Positions 1-9,703 of a DNA stretch of 45,388 nt are shown piece after piece. Made by a program: the position numbers and the translations under genes. Each line of letters opens with the position of its first letter. The stretch's first letter is position 1. The notes under the pieces were generated by a model. The model had not been told where the DNA came from. It did no database searches and saw only the letters and a list, made by a program, of their open reading frames with translations. The stretch comes from Limisphaerales bacterium (GTDB lineage Bacteria > Verrucomicrobiota > Verrucomicrobiia > Limisphaerales > SIBE01): assembly GCA_044225505.1 (NCBI GenBank), contig JBGAIN010000049.1:1-45388 (forward strand), in the 5' to 3' direction.

Positions 1-212
1 AGTTCCTGCAAACTCACTGATACCGGAACGGCCTGACCATTCGCTATGGAACGGGCTTTGTAAACATTTGCCGCCTGGAGAATTCGTGAATACTCCGGCA
101 TACCTGGGTGAGGCGCGTGCGTGCGGACATAGGCCAACCCGGCGACGACCAGCAAAACTGCCGCTGCCACCGTAGCGAGCGCGATCCGCCTTACGTTCAG
201 AGTTGTCTTCAT
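1..212 (-). CDS. Partial small membrane-anchored/secreted hypothetical protein (runs off window start)
   Basis: Hand translation from ATG at 212: MKTTLNVRRIALATVAAAVLLVVAGLAYVRTHAPHPGMPEYSRILQAANVYKARSIANGQAVPVSVSLQEL. Basic N-terminus plus hydrophobic segment; open to the window edge. Not in the ORF track. Confidence 0.65.
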   Translation of the reverse strand, partial: MKTTLNVRRIALATVAAAVLLVVAGLAYVRTHAPHPGMPEYSRILQAANVYKARSIANGQAVPVSVSLQE

Positions 213-327
213 ATTCATATAGACAACGCTGCTGCAAAATCGTGCGAACAAAATGGCGTCGACTTTATCTTCAATTATTGGAGCTGGGACGAATGGTTGA
301 AGAATTCCAAAGCCAGCTTGATGTTTT

Positions 328-777
328 TCAGACCGTACTGTCGCGACCGTCCTGTCGCCTTCTTTCCTTGAGTATCTGCGTCGCTCTTTGACTCGCTGAG
401 ATTGACCATGCCTGAATTCCGGCGTCCGATCCAACGAGAGATAATGATCGCTCCATCTGGCCGCGCTGTAACAGGTCGGGACGTTCGGTCACGAGCAAGT
501 CGTTCATAATGACTCCAAGCTCGCACGCGCAATCGAAGCACCGATACGAAGCATTACCAGTTGAGGTTATTTCTGAGGAGGATGCGTTCTTCCCGCAGAA
601 CTCACATTTCTTACCAACGCTGGACAAGCTTTGAATTGGGTTCAAGTCCGTGTTGGCCAGACTGAAGGCGGTTGGACCGCAGTCCGTGCAGAGGTGAACG
701 GTCTCCTCGTGAATGCCATCCACGATACTCGTCAAGTGAATCGTGGCTTCGTTGCGATGACACTTCGCACAGAGCAT
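328..777 (-). CDS. McsA-like CxxC zinc-finger protein (no UVR domain evident)
   Basis: MLCAKCHRNEATIHLT...HLCTDC resembles the McsA N-terminus; four CxxC motifs (CAKC, CTDC, CEFC, CFDC). Confidence 0.65.
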   Translation of the reverse strand: MLCAKCHRNEATIHLTSIVDGIHEETVHLCTDCGPTAFSLANTDLNPIQSLSSVGKKCEFCGKNASSSEITSTGNASYRCFDCACELGVIMNDLLVTERPDLLQRGQMERSLSLVGSDAGIQAWSISASQRATQILKERRRQDGRDSTV

Positions 778-1098
778 AAGTCTTGGCAGCGAACGTTAGC
801 CTAACCGACGCTGAGCGAGAGCGGTAGTTTAAACTCGCAAAGCGTTTCACGCGGTTGCGGAGAACTCCACCTTTATCTGGCGAGTCGGCCGATGCTTTCA
901 AATGGAATTGCGCGAAAACCGAATGTTAGCGCTGGCGAATCGTCCAGTAACTGGAAGGTAGCCCGGTCTTTGAATTGTGGATCGGTATCCAGCAGGTTGT
1001 CCTTGAAACGAATGTGCGCCAGCGCGTTTCCATCACCGTGTGCCCCGCAGTCAGTGCAGGTTCATTTCGTCAGATCAAACCTGCATCCGGTCGGGGAC

Positions 1099-2787
1099 TT
1101 AGAGAGCGGGCGATCGTTCGAGCACGAGCTCGGGCCAGACCCAGTCGCTACGTGCATTGTTTTCCTGGTTTCTTGGCAGGCCTCCATCATCGCGCCCGTC
1201 GAGGCCTACGGACCAGAGCTTGAAGCCGGCCGGGTTCACGGCGCTTTGGTCGGATGTCGGCTCGTACTGCAAAGGCGCTCCGGCCATGGGATCCTGAATT
1301 GTGCCCGGCAACTCACGCGGGGTGAGTTCAGACAAACCCTTCGGATAGCCCCCGTGCTCGAGGCGAAAGCGTTCCAAGGCGCAGCCCACCATCGCCAACT
1401 GGTTCAGAGTTTGCCCGCGCGCGGCTTTAGTCTGCGCCTTCGGCAAGTCCGGAACCAACATATATCCGAGGAGTGAATAAGGGGTGTTCTGGGCAATTCC
1501 CGCGCCGCGGAGCAAAGCCTCTTGGTCCGGGGCGCCCACCAGACTCGCTGGCCAGCGCGCATCCGTGAGTTGGCGCAACGCCAGATCGTCATAGCGATTG
1601 ACCCGCACCTGATTTTGCCGAATCCAACCAGGAACCCAAGGTAGCACAAGGGCCAGTGGTCCGGGTTGCGTGTCCCCAGAAGCAACCGCGTCGACGGACA
1701 TTCGCCGTTGGTTGAATTTATCCAGGAAGCTGTTTTGGGCGATGCGATCACCGCGGAACGCGTTGATCATCTGCTTTTGAAAATTAAACCGGGCAAGTTC
1801 GGTCTGGAAGGCAGCGAACTGGTCGGCATTCCATTGCCGCCCTGCCATCCCTTCCCAGAGCGCTTTGACGGCAATTCCATGCAGTCCAATTCCGACAAGC
1901 TGCGAGATGGGCAGAGGTTCCGATCCCATGGCATTGGCCAGGCGCAAGCAGGTGGTGGCATCCGCAAATGCCCCAGCGATATCTTGCTTGCGGAGACGAG
2001 CTGCCGCTCGTACCGAGAACATCACGTCGAACTGCTTGAGCGGTGCCAAGTGGGGCAGGAGTGCTTGGTAATCTTCCTCCCAATGCACCGGAAATTGGCT
2101 GAGCGGACGCCGCACGGCATCGGCAATTTCCTGAAGTTCAGGTTCGAAGCGTTGCAGATAAGCCAGGACTTCTCCTGCCGGATCCAGAATGGAGGCCGCG
2201 ATCTGGACTTCGTTGGTCGGTTTCTTCCATTTCCGGCCTGGGGCCAAGAATCCGTAGCGTTCGGCAAGCGCAGGATCGAGATCGGGCGGACAGGTTTGGG
2301 GACGCATGCGAATGCCCAGGGCGTAACGCATAAGGTCCATCCTGCTGTCTGAGCCGTTCTCGTCGTGATCCTGGGCCGCTAGCTCGGACGGCCGCGGTGC
2401 GCGAAGAGTGCGCGTCGGCGGCAGGCTAATGGCGCGGAGTCGCCCCAGGATATGAGGATCGCGCCATGCGTTCTGCTGTCGAAGTGGGTCGCCTGGCGGG
2501 TAATAATCGAGAAGGCCGCGCAGGAGCGGTGTGGCGGCGAAATTCGACTCATCCATCGGAACTTTGTGCAGGAGTTGGTCTATGGAGAGCGGCTCGCCTC
2601 GGGCCACCAGATCTCTCTTCGCGGCCGACCAGGCCCTGGCGCCGCGCCAGTTTTCCACGGCCCAACTCAACGCCAACACTGTGAAAAGGCTGGCCAAAAG
2701 AAACATCGAGGACCGAGTGACGGAGAGCAAGTGTCGCAGTTTTGAGGGCGGAGCCACGGAACTGGGAGTGTCGGAGATTTCGTTCAT
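1099..2787 (-). CDS. Single-TM anchored helical protein with a C-terminal GspG/pseudopilin-like motif
   Basis: Likely start MNEISD (2787), just downstream of the anti-sigma-like gene. TM segment LLASLFTVLALSWAV, then ENWRGARAW..RGEPL. C-terminus ALERFRLEHGGYPKGLSEL..DPMAGAPLQY..LWSVGLDGRDDGG. Confidence 0.75.
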   Translation of the reverse strand: MNEISDTPSSVAPPSKLRHLLSVTRSSMFLLASLFTVLALSWAVENWRGARAWSAAKRDLVARGEPLSIDQLLHKVPMDESNFAATPLLRGLLDYYPPGDPLRQQNAWRDPHILGRLRAISLPPTRTLRAPRPSELAAQDHDENGSDSRMDLMRYALGIRMRPQTCPPDLDPALAERYGFLAPGRKWKKPTNEVQIAASILDPAGEVLAYLQRFEPELQEIADAVRRPLSQFPVHWEEDYQALLPHLAPLKQFDVMFSVRAAARLRKQDIAGAFADATTCLRLANAMGSEPLPISQLVGIGLHGIAVKALWEGMAGRQWNADQFAAFQTELARFNFQKQMINAFRGDRIAQNSFLDKFNQRRMSVDAVASGDTQPGPLALVLPWVPGWIRQNQVRVNRYDDLALRQLTDARWPASLVGAPDQEALLRGAGIAQNTPYSLLGYMLVPDLPKAQTKAARGQTLNQLAMVGCALERFRLEHGGYPKGLSELTPRELPGTIQDPMAGAPLQYEPTSDQSAVNPAGFKLWSVGLDGRDDGGLPRNQENNARSDWVWPELVLERSPAL

Positions 2788-2801
2788 AGGCCTATTCCTT
2801 T

Positions 2802-3233
2802 CTAGACGAGGGCCAATGGCGATCGGTTCCGGGGGTGCCAGAGCTGGGCGTCCGGTCCAGGTTCCGGCGGCAAGCCTGCCAGGGGTGGATCTTGAAGCAG
2901 GCGCTGCAACAGCGCACGCTGCTCGCGCAACGCCGCTGTCCAGGCGGAAGCAACCTGTCTTTGGACCCGTTGCGGCGGAACGTTTGGAGCGTTCTCCGGC
3001 GCCGTCACGTGCAGCACTGCGACGACCAGCCAGGCAAAACCTAAGGTGGCCCAGGCCGCTGGATGTGGCCAAAACCAATCGACCATCCACGGCCACGATC
3101 GAGTCGCGGCCGGCCGTGCTGAACCACCCTTGGACCGGTCGGCAGTCTGCAGCACTTGCTTACGCAAAGAGGAGGGCGGGGGACGGAACGGTGTCCGCGC
3201 CAGGCGTTGTTCGAATGGATCCGATGGGTTCAT
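2802..3233 (-). CDS. Putative anti-sigma factor (single TM)
   Basis: ATGA overlap with the sigma factor stop; DPFEQRL..PPPSSLRKQVL N-terminus; W-rich TM (WPHPAAWATLGFAWLVVAVL). Confidence 0.65.
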   Translation of the reverse strand: MNPSDPFEQRLARTPFRPPPSSLRKQVLQTADRSKGGSARPAATRSWPWMVDWFWPHPAAWATLGFAWLVVAVLHVTAPENAPNVPPQRVQRQVASAWTAALREQRALLQRLLQDPPLAGLPPEPGPDAQLWHPRNRSPLALV

Positions 3234-3742
3234 TGTATCTCGTTGTATATGGGACGCAGCCGGGAGCGTAATTTGTCCACGCCATAGCGGTATCGGCTCG
3301 CAGCGGTGTTGGCTGAGATGCCGAGCGTCTGGCCGATCTCTTCAAAGGTGAGTTCTTCCCAAAGTTTCAGATGGACGACGGCACGCTGGTCGGGCGGCAG
3401 TTCGGCGAGGGCCTGGGTCAATTCCAGGCGGAACGCTTGCTCATCTGGGTGATCCGCTGGTGCAAATATATTCGACCCCTCGGCTGCCAGCGTTTCGACG
3501 GAACGGCTGCGCGCGGCGCGCCGGCGGATGAAATCAATCGCCAGATTGTGCGCCAGGCGCAGAAGAAAAGCGCGTTCCTGGCGGACTCCTTCCAGGATCG
3601 CCGGGCGGACGGCTAAACGACGAAAAACCTCCTGAATAACATCGCCCGTGTCGGCCTCGTCGCGGGTCAGGTTGAGGACGAATGCGAACAAAGCCTCGGC
3701 ATGCCGCTCGTAGAGACGTTCCAATTCGCCCGTTGATGCCAT
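3230..3742 (-). CDS. ECF RNA polymerase sigma-70 factor
   Basis: Region 2 (LYERHAEALFAF..DVIQEVF..LAHNLAIDFIRRR) and region 4 (LAELPPDQRAVVHLKLWEELTFEEIGQTLGISANTAASRYRYG). Confidence 0.95.
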   Translation of the reverse strand: MASTGELERLYERHAEALFAFVLNLTRDEADTGDVIQEVFRRLAVRPAILEGVRQERAFLLRLAHNLAIDFIRRRAARSRSVETLAAEGSNIFAPADHPDEQAFRLELTQALAELPPDQRAVVHLKLWEELTFEEIGQTLGISANTAASRYRYGVDKLRSRLRPIYNEIQ

Positions 3743-3753
3743 CTGTTCTTAAG

Positions 3754-3786
3754 GACGCATCGCTGCGCCAAATTTGTCTACAAATT
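3754..3786 (-). promoter_or_regulatory. Possible ECF-type autoregulatory promoter
   Basis: Minus strand GACAAA-N15-CGTC just upstream of the sigma gene; the -35 lies within palindrome AATTTGT-CT-ACAAATT (3771-3786). Confidence 0.3.
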
Positions 3787-4019
3787 ATCGATGGCTCATC
3801 GATTCCCTCAGCGGCCTGGCAGCAGCAAGCCTCCAAATTCCCAAGGTTGACGTGTTTTCGAACCGGAAAACGTGTCCGGATCATATTTTCTGTAACTTCT
3901 GTCCGAATCTCCTGTGGTAAGCACCAGGAGCACCCGACTGGGCAGGGTTCTTCTCGTTACGTAGGTGCCGCCGGACAACTTTACATTGGCAAATAATTAA
4001 GAGGCGAGATTGCGAGCAC

Positions 4020-5711
4020 ATGTGGCAAGCGAGGAATAGAAAGCGCTTCGTGATTCTTCTGATGGGATGGGTCTGCCTCATCCTTGGGGTGGTCATCGGA
4101 GCCACTCGCACTTACCACGCGGTCAAGAGATGGCGCGCTCAACAATTGGCGGCCCAATCCACCGTCTGCTTGGCCAAAAGCAACCTCCTGGAATCCCAGC
4201 GAAAAGTGCAAGCCGCTTTGCTCTTGGATCCGAAGGAGCCGGCAGTCTTGCGAGCCGCGGTCAAGACTCAAGCCGCCGCGGGGCGCATGGGTGCCATCCC
4301 TATTTGGCAACGCCTCCTGGCCCTGGGCCAGGCTTCCATTCAGGATCGTCGTGACTATGTCGAGTTTTGCTTGAAACTCAAGCGTTTGACATTGGCAGAA
4401 GCGGAATTGCGCAAGCTTACTCTCGAGTTTCCGCACGACGCGGCCAACCTCTGGCTGTTTTCGCAGCTGAGTCTGGCCCGAGGCGACGTGTTTCAGAGTA
4501 TCGAGTTTGCTTCCCAGGCGGTCGACTCGGAGCCGTCTAACCGGCGCTATCGCCTTTTCTTGAACAGTGTTCAGTTTGACACTGAAGATCCGTCCGTGCG
4601 ACAGGCTGTCCGGCAACGTGTTTGGGAGATTGCACAAGGGCCAGACGCCGTCGGGTTGGAAGCAATCGTTTTTCTGGCACGACGTTCGGATTTGTGCCCG
4701 TCGGAGATAGGCAAGGTATTTGGCCTTTTCGAAAAGCACTCCGAGGCGATCCGCACTCACTGGCTCCTGAGATTGGATCTTGAACTTCGACTCGAACCGA
4801 CGCGCAAGGCGGCGTTGCTTCAAGCAGCGGAAGAGAGGTCTCGAACGGGCACCGAAACCGAGTTTGCCGAGTTCATCGTCTGGCTAAATGGCCACCGTGA
4901 ATTTGAACAAGTGCTCAAGAGCCTGCCTATGGATCGGGCGATGCAGCGCCGTGACTTATTCATCCTGCGAATGGATGCCTTGGGCGGACTAGATCGATGG
5001 CAGGAAATTCAGGGAATTCTGGGAAGGGCAAATCTGCCAGTCAGTCCGACTTTGTTGCAGGCTTTCAAGGCACGAACACTCTCACAACTTGGTCAAACCA
5101 ACGATGCCGGGTTCGCTTGGCGTCGAGCGTTGCAGGCGGCGGCTGATCACGTTGAGGAGCTGGAATTTCTCTTCGAATACGCTTGCCGGAATCAGGAGCC
5201 GACCTGTGCGATCCGTGCATATCGAACCCTCCTGCGAGTGGCGCCCGATGCGTTGCCAACTCAAGCGGCTCTCCCTCAATTTCTCGCGCAAAGAGGTGCT
5301 ACGACGGACCTACGGGATCTAGCGGAGGAGCTCTCTTCGCGCTCGCCACAGATCGCCGCATTCCGGAACGATTTGGCTTACCTAAACCTATTGCTTGGCA
5401 AAGACATCGAAGCCTCCAAGAGAATCGCGGAAGGTTTAGTAGCTGAAAATCCGTGGTTCTTGTCCATGCGCACCACGTTGGCGCTGGCTTGCTTGCGGCT
5501 GAATGAGCCAGCGCGGGCGCTGGAGGCCTATGGTGAAGTTCGCCACGATTGGACCCATGCGATGCCAGCCCATCAGGCGGTCTACATCGCAACGCTCTTC
5601 GCCAACCAGAAGAGTGATAGGGCTCGCCAGATGGTTGCCAATCTGCCGCTGGAATCTTTGCGTGTCGAAGAACGAGCCCTCATTCCTGTCAGCTTGATGC
5701 GTGATTTATGA
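4020..5711 (+). CDS. N-terminally anchored TPR-like helical repeat protein
   Basis: TM at residues ~11-28, then TPR-like A/L periodic helices (ALLLDPKEPAVLRA, FRNDLAYLNLLLG, RTTLALACLRLNEPARALEAY). Confidence 0.8.
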   Translation: MWQARNRKRFVILLMGWVCLILGVVIGATRTYHAVKRWRAQQLAAQSTVCLAKSNLLESQRKVQAALLLDPKEPAVLRAAVKTQAAAGRMGAIPIWQRLLALGQASIQDRRDYVEFCLKLKRLTLAEAELRKLTLEFPHDAANLWLFSQLSLARGDVFQSIEFASQAVDSEPSNRRYRLFLNSVQFDTEDPSVRQAVRQRVWEIAQGPDAVGLEAIVFLARRSDLCPSEIGKVFGLFEKHSEAIRTHWLLRLDLELRLEPTRKAALLQAAEERSRTGTETEFAEFIVWLNGHREFEQVLKSLPMDRAMQRRDLFILRMDALGGLDRWQEIQGILGRANLPVSPTLLQAFKARTLSQLGQTNDAGFAWRRALQAAADHVEELEFLFEYACRNQEPTCAIRAYRTLLRVAPDALPTQAALPQFLAQRGATTDLRDLAEELSSRSPQIAAFRNDLAYLNLLLGKDIEASKRIAEGLVAENPWFLSMRTTLALACLRLNEPARALEAYGEVRHDWTHAMPAHQAVYIATLFANQKSDRARQMVANLPLESLRVEERALIPVSLMRDL

Positions 5712-5835
5712 CCGTAACACTGCCTCTTTCCCAGGCTCGAGAGCTCGTCCATGTCTATCGATGGACCCCTCAGCTTTCCGCGGTCACGTCGCAGCATCTC
5801 TTCGTGATGGAAAGCACCCCAACCCTCAGTTGACC

Positions 5836-6132
5836 ATGACTCGAAGGCAATACTGGATCTTAAACGCAGTCGTGGGCGCTTTTGTGCTGCTGCTGGCCGG
5901 ACATTTTGTTCTCTCCCGACTCAATATCCGGACCAGGGGGGCCCTCGATTCGGAACGAGTTTTTGTCGAGAGAGCGACGCAATTAACCTTCGTTCTCAAT
6001 CAGTTAGGCAAGCGGGTGGCGCTCGGCGCGGAGCGCGATTCCAAGCTGAAAAGCATCCGGATCAAGTTCGGTCTCGCGGACAACGACGACGCTGGCCCGG
6101 CCGCCCTCAACTCCGTTCCGGCAAAACGATAG
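5836..6132 (+). CDS. Small single-TM hypothetical protein
   Basis: Likely start MTRRQYWILN (5836); TM followed by an amphipathic helix. The upstream part of the ORF call looks non-coding. Confidence 0.6.
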   Translation: MTRRQYWILNAVVGAFVLLLAGHFVLSRLNIRTRGALDSERVFVERATQLTFVLNQLGKRVALGAERDSKLKSIRIKFGLADNDDAGPAALNSVPAKR

Positions 6133-6198
6133 GAGAATCAATCCTCCACTGACCGACGAAAGGCGAAACAACCCCTCAACCTTCCCAAAGGGCGGATC

Positions 6199-6549
6199 AT
6201 GGACGAGACCAACCCGAAATACTCCTCGCATCTCGGACTTACCGTTGCATTTGCAGCGCTGGTTGTGCTGCAAGCGATCTACGTGGTCGAGGATTTCCAG
6301 GAGCGGAGGCAGCTTCAATCCCTGCGCACAGGCCTCGCTCCCGCGCTGCGCCATGCGCAGACCGTGGCAGCCACCGTGGAAAATGTCGGGCGCGAGCTGA
6401 TTGACCTGTCGACCACCAACAAGGAAGCCGCGTTGATTGTCGACGAATTCAAACTCCGAATAAACGCGGCAATGCACCCTGCGAACCAGACTTCGCGAAC
6501 GGAATTGGACCCGGGTTCATCGCGCGGACAGCTTACCGTCGCTCATTAA
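6199..6549 (+). CDS. Small single-TM coiled-coil hypothetical protein
   Basis: TM LGLTVAFAALVVLQAIYVV then a helical segment; same strand and spacing as its neighbours. Confidence 0.65.
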   Translation: MDETNPKYSSHLGLTVAFAALVVLQAIYVVEDFQERRQLQSLRTGLAPALRHAQTVAATVENVGRELIDLSTTNKEAALIVDEFKLRINAAMHPANQTSRTELDPGSSRGQLTVAH

Positions 6550-6640
6550 ACTACAGGATTCAGTTCCCAAGAAATCTCCATTTTATGACCGCCGAACAAC
6601 CAGTGTCGCAGGGGAAACATATCGCGCGTGGAAAGGACAT

Positions 6641-8028
6641 ATGAAATCAAATCGACGATTCAGGAAAAGGTCGACGGTGCTGTTCGCACTAGCCGCCATT
6701 TTGTCATCAACAACGGATCAGGCCTTCGCGGCTACAAAACACTGGGACGGCGGCGCTTTGACTGGCGGCCCGAGCTGGAACACCCCGTCAAACTGGGATG
6801 GGCCTGATCTCTTGCCCAATTTTTCAAGTCCAGGGGACGACATCATTTTCGACAACGCGGCAACGTCGGGAACGAGCACAGGGCTTGACGGAAGCAAAAC
6901 AATTAACAGCCTGACCTTCTCGGCCTCCGACAACGCCAACTTCGCGATCCTTGCTGGGACAACCGCCAATAGCACGCTAACCATCACGACAGGCAATTTA
7001 TCCAAATTGGGAAATGGAGCTCCTCAGATTTTTGCCGGCGTGGTTCTTGGAGGAACACCGTTTCCAGCTTGACCGTCAGCGGTGTCATTTCCGACGGCGG
7101 CAACGGTTACGGGATCACCTTTTCTGGGCCAGGTAGGACCATCTTGACGGGAGCGAATACTTACTCTGGATTGACGATCGTCAGCGCCGGCACGCTAACG
7201 CTCAACGCCAATTCCGGAGCTGCAATGCCGGGAAACTTGGAAATCTCCGGAGGTACCGTCAGCCTTCCTAGAGGCAACCAAATTGCCGACTCAAGAAACA
7301 TCACTGTTAGCGGCGGCATTCTCGATTTACAGGCTAACAGCGACACCGTTGGTCCCGTAGTTCTGCAAAATGGATCCATTACGGCTTCGAGTGGAACGCT
7401 GACCGGCAGCAGTTTCGACGTTCAAAACGGCTCGATTACCGCCAAACTGGCGGGCGCGGGAGCCAGCCTTAACAAAACTTCTGCTGGAACCGTGACACTT
7501 TCGGGCGTTAACACTTAAAGTGGCGGAACCGTCCTCACCACAGGGATCTTGAAGCTTGGAGTCAACAATGCCATTCCCAACGCGGGCCTCACGTTTGCCG
7601 GAGGCACTCTCGAACCTAACAATTTCTCGGATGCGCTCGGCGCGTTGTCACTGACCTCGGGCAGTTCGATCATCAAACTCGATCCTACAGGCAATGCCGC
7701 GAACCTCAGCTTCACGTCCGTGGCCTCTGGGGCGCGCTTGACACTGACAATTGATGGTTGGCACGGCACAACAGGCAGCGCTGGCAGCGCTAGCAATGAT
7801 AGAATAACATTCGCCAGCGATCCAGGAGCGGCTTTTCGCAATGCGGTCTCTTGGACCAGTGTGAATGGCTCCCAATCGATTCAGGGAGCGCTTTATGTCG
7901 GCGACGAACTTGTGCCGGTGCCGGAGCCGGCCAACGTGGCACTGGCGATTTTCGGCGGCGCTTTCTTGGGATTTGGGGCGGCGCGTCGTGCCTGGAGCCA
8001 CTGTCGAAGACAGGCCTTGACGTCCTAG
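6641..8028 (+). pseudogene. Disrupted PEP-CTERM protein with autotransporter-associated beta-strand repeats
   Basis: Signal peptide, W..GxSWNTPSNW, repeats LTGANTYSGLTIVSAGTL and LSGVNT*SGGTVLTTGIL, C-terminal VPVPEPANVAL+TM+RR. Frameshift near 7046-7069 and in-frame TAA at 7516-7518 where Tyr is expected. Confidence 0.85.
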
Positions 8029-8179
8029 TCTTAGCGTGACCCTTCGTTCGCACAGCCTGAGCGACCGAACGTAATATGGCCAAGGCGTGGGGTATCCTTC
8101 AGGTTTAACGGACCATTGACGAAAGGGCGCTGGCTATGATCTCGACAGGAAGAGGAATACTCCGCACAGCGTATCGAGC

Positions 8180-9703
8180 TCATGCGCTGGCGTCCGGCAT
8201 GTGAATGACAAAGGTAGTCCAACCCGGCCTGCTTTCCTTGAGCACAACGTCGCCCCCATGCGCCCGGAGGATTTCTCGGGCGAGACTCAGACCAAGCCCG
8301 TTGCCCTCCCGCTGTCGATCCCCTCGTTGTTGACCTCGGAAAAAGCGCTCAAAAAGGCGCGAGGACTCGCATTCCTGGATGCCGGCACCCGTATTACTGA
8401 CTGTGATTTCAATATGGCCGTCGTTCGCTCGCGCCTCCAGCGCGATGCGTCCCGCGGGTTCGTTGTACTTCACGGCGTTCCCAAGCACATTATGGACGGC
8501 AGTGCTCAGGAGGTTTGGATCACCGGACGTCTGCAAATCTCGGGGAAGGCGAACGTCGAACTCCAAGTTGAAATGGACGGCGAGAACGCGGACGTCTTCG
8601 AGGGTGTTCTCCAGCAACTCGGTCAGGTTAATCTTCTGCCGGGCGAGTTTGAGTTGACCCGAGTCAGCCTGGGCGAGGAGCAACAGATTCCGAGTGATAT
8701 TCTTAAGCCGTTGCGTCTCCTCCAGGAGGTTGCCGAATACCTGCTGTTCTTTGGACCCGATGGCAGCCGCTTGCAGCGCGTTGTCCAATTCTCCCTGCAT
8801 GATGGTCAGCGGTGTTTTGAGCTCGTGCGATGCATCCGCGGTGAACCTAGTTGCCTGGTGGAAGCTTTTTTCTAAACGGTCCATCATTCGGTTCAGCACG
8901 CAGACGACTCGGTCGACTTCCGGGTCGGAATCCGCTGGAGGAATTCTCTGATCCAAACCACGCGCGGTCACTCGTTCTGCCGTATCAGCTATGACTCTGA
9001 GCGGCCTTAAAGCTCGACTGCTTGTGATCCACCCTCCTGCCGCGACGAGCACTAAGGCTACGGGAAGCGTCAGGAGAAAGGCGTCACGTAACTGGTTTAG
9101 TTCGTCCTGGACCTTGTTACCATTGATGCCCATGACGACGGTAGTTTGGGCGTTTCCGAGAATTCCCAAACGCCACAAAGTCTCGGCCGCCCTGGCCGAG
9201 AGGAAACGCGGAGATTTCGTAAAGCTTGCCGGACCTCCAGATTCCGAGCCAAGATCCCGCCCCATTCGTCCGAGACCGCCTCCTGGTCCCCAGCCTCCCG
9301 TATTGTGCCCAGGGACCTGCCTCGGTCCGGTGCCTGCCTCGGTGTTTGGAGCGTTGGGAACCTGATCGAGGTGGAGCGGCAATTTTGCGGTGTCAAGGCT
9401 GGACGGCCAGTGCGGAGAGCGGTAGAGCTCCTTTCCATCCGGATCGCAAATCCACAGAATGACCTCGTCTTGGCGTTGTTCGCCGAAGGTGAAGCGGAGC
9501 ATGCTGGTCAATCGTTCGTAGCTCGTTCGGTTCGCCAGCCACCCTGGATGCCGCGCCGCCAGCGTCCTTATTTCACGATCGAGGGCAGCCAGTCTCTCAT
9601 GGCAGATAAGGTGCCAGGAGGCGAGGCCAAATCCGACCAGAATCGCACCTGAAATTGAGACCGACAGCAGGGAAATCTTTACGCGAAGAGACATGAGCTT
9701 CAA
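8180..9703 (-). CDS. Heavy-metal-sensor-like (CusS/CzcS-type) histidine kinase
   Basis: Two TMs, HAMP (ALRPLRVIADTAERV), H-box FTADASHELKTPL, N-box NVLGNAVKY, G-boxes NTGAGI and GNGLGLSLA. Start may be a few codons downstream of 9703. Confidence 0.93.
   Translation of the reverse strand: MKLMSLRVKISLLSVSISGAILVGFGLASWHLICHERLAALDREIRTLAARHPGWLANRTSYERLTSMLRFTFGEQRQDEVILWICDPDGKELYRSPHWPSSLDTAKLPLHLDQVPNAPNTEAGTGPRQVPGHNTGGWGPGGGLGRMGRDLGSESGGPASFTKSPRFLSARAAETLWRLGILGNAQTTVVMGINGNKVQDELNQLRDAFLLTLPVALVLVAAGGWITSSRALRPLRVIADTAERVTARGLDQRIPPADSDPEVDRVVCVLNRMMDRLEKSFHQATRFTADASHELKTPLTIMQGELDNALQAAAIGSKEQQVFGNLLEETQRLKNITRNLLLLAQADSGQLKLARQKINLTELLENTLEDVRVLAVHFNLEFDVRLPRDLQTSGDPNLLSTAVHNVLGNAVKYNEPAGRIALEARANDGHIEITVSNTGAGIQECESSRLFERFFRGQQRGDRQREGNGLGLSLAREILRAHGGDVVLKESRPGWTTFVIHMPDASA

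Noticed and set aside
789..931. Possible integron attC site (minus-strand CGCTAAC ... GTTAGGC) upstream of the McsA-like gene
   Set aside because: L boxes do not pair and no integrase is in the window; at most a degenerate remnant.
2788..3096. N-terminal extension of the 665-aa ORF call
   Set aside because: Overlaps the anti-sigma-like gene and is low-complexity; the start at 2787 fits the operon better.
5714..5720. Isolated GTAACAC
   Set aside because: No partner half-site and no metal-related context.
7516..7518. Stop-codon readthrough or alternative genetic code
   Set aside because: TAA ends many normal genes here, and the same gene also has a frameshift; pseudogene or sequencing error is simpler.
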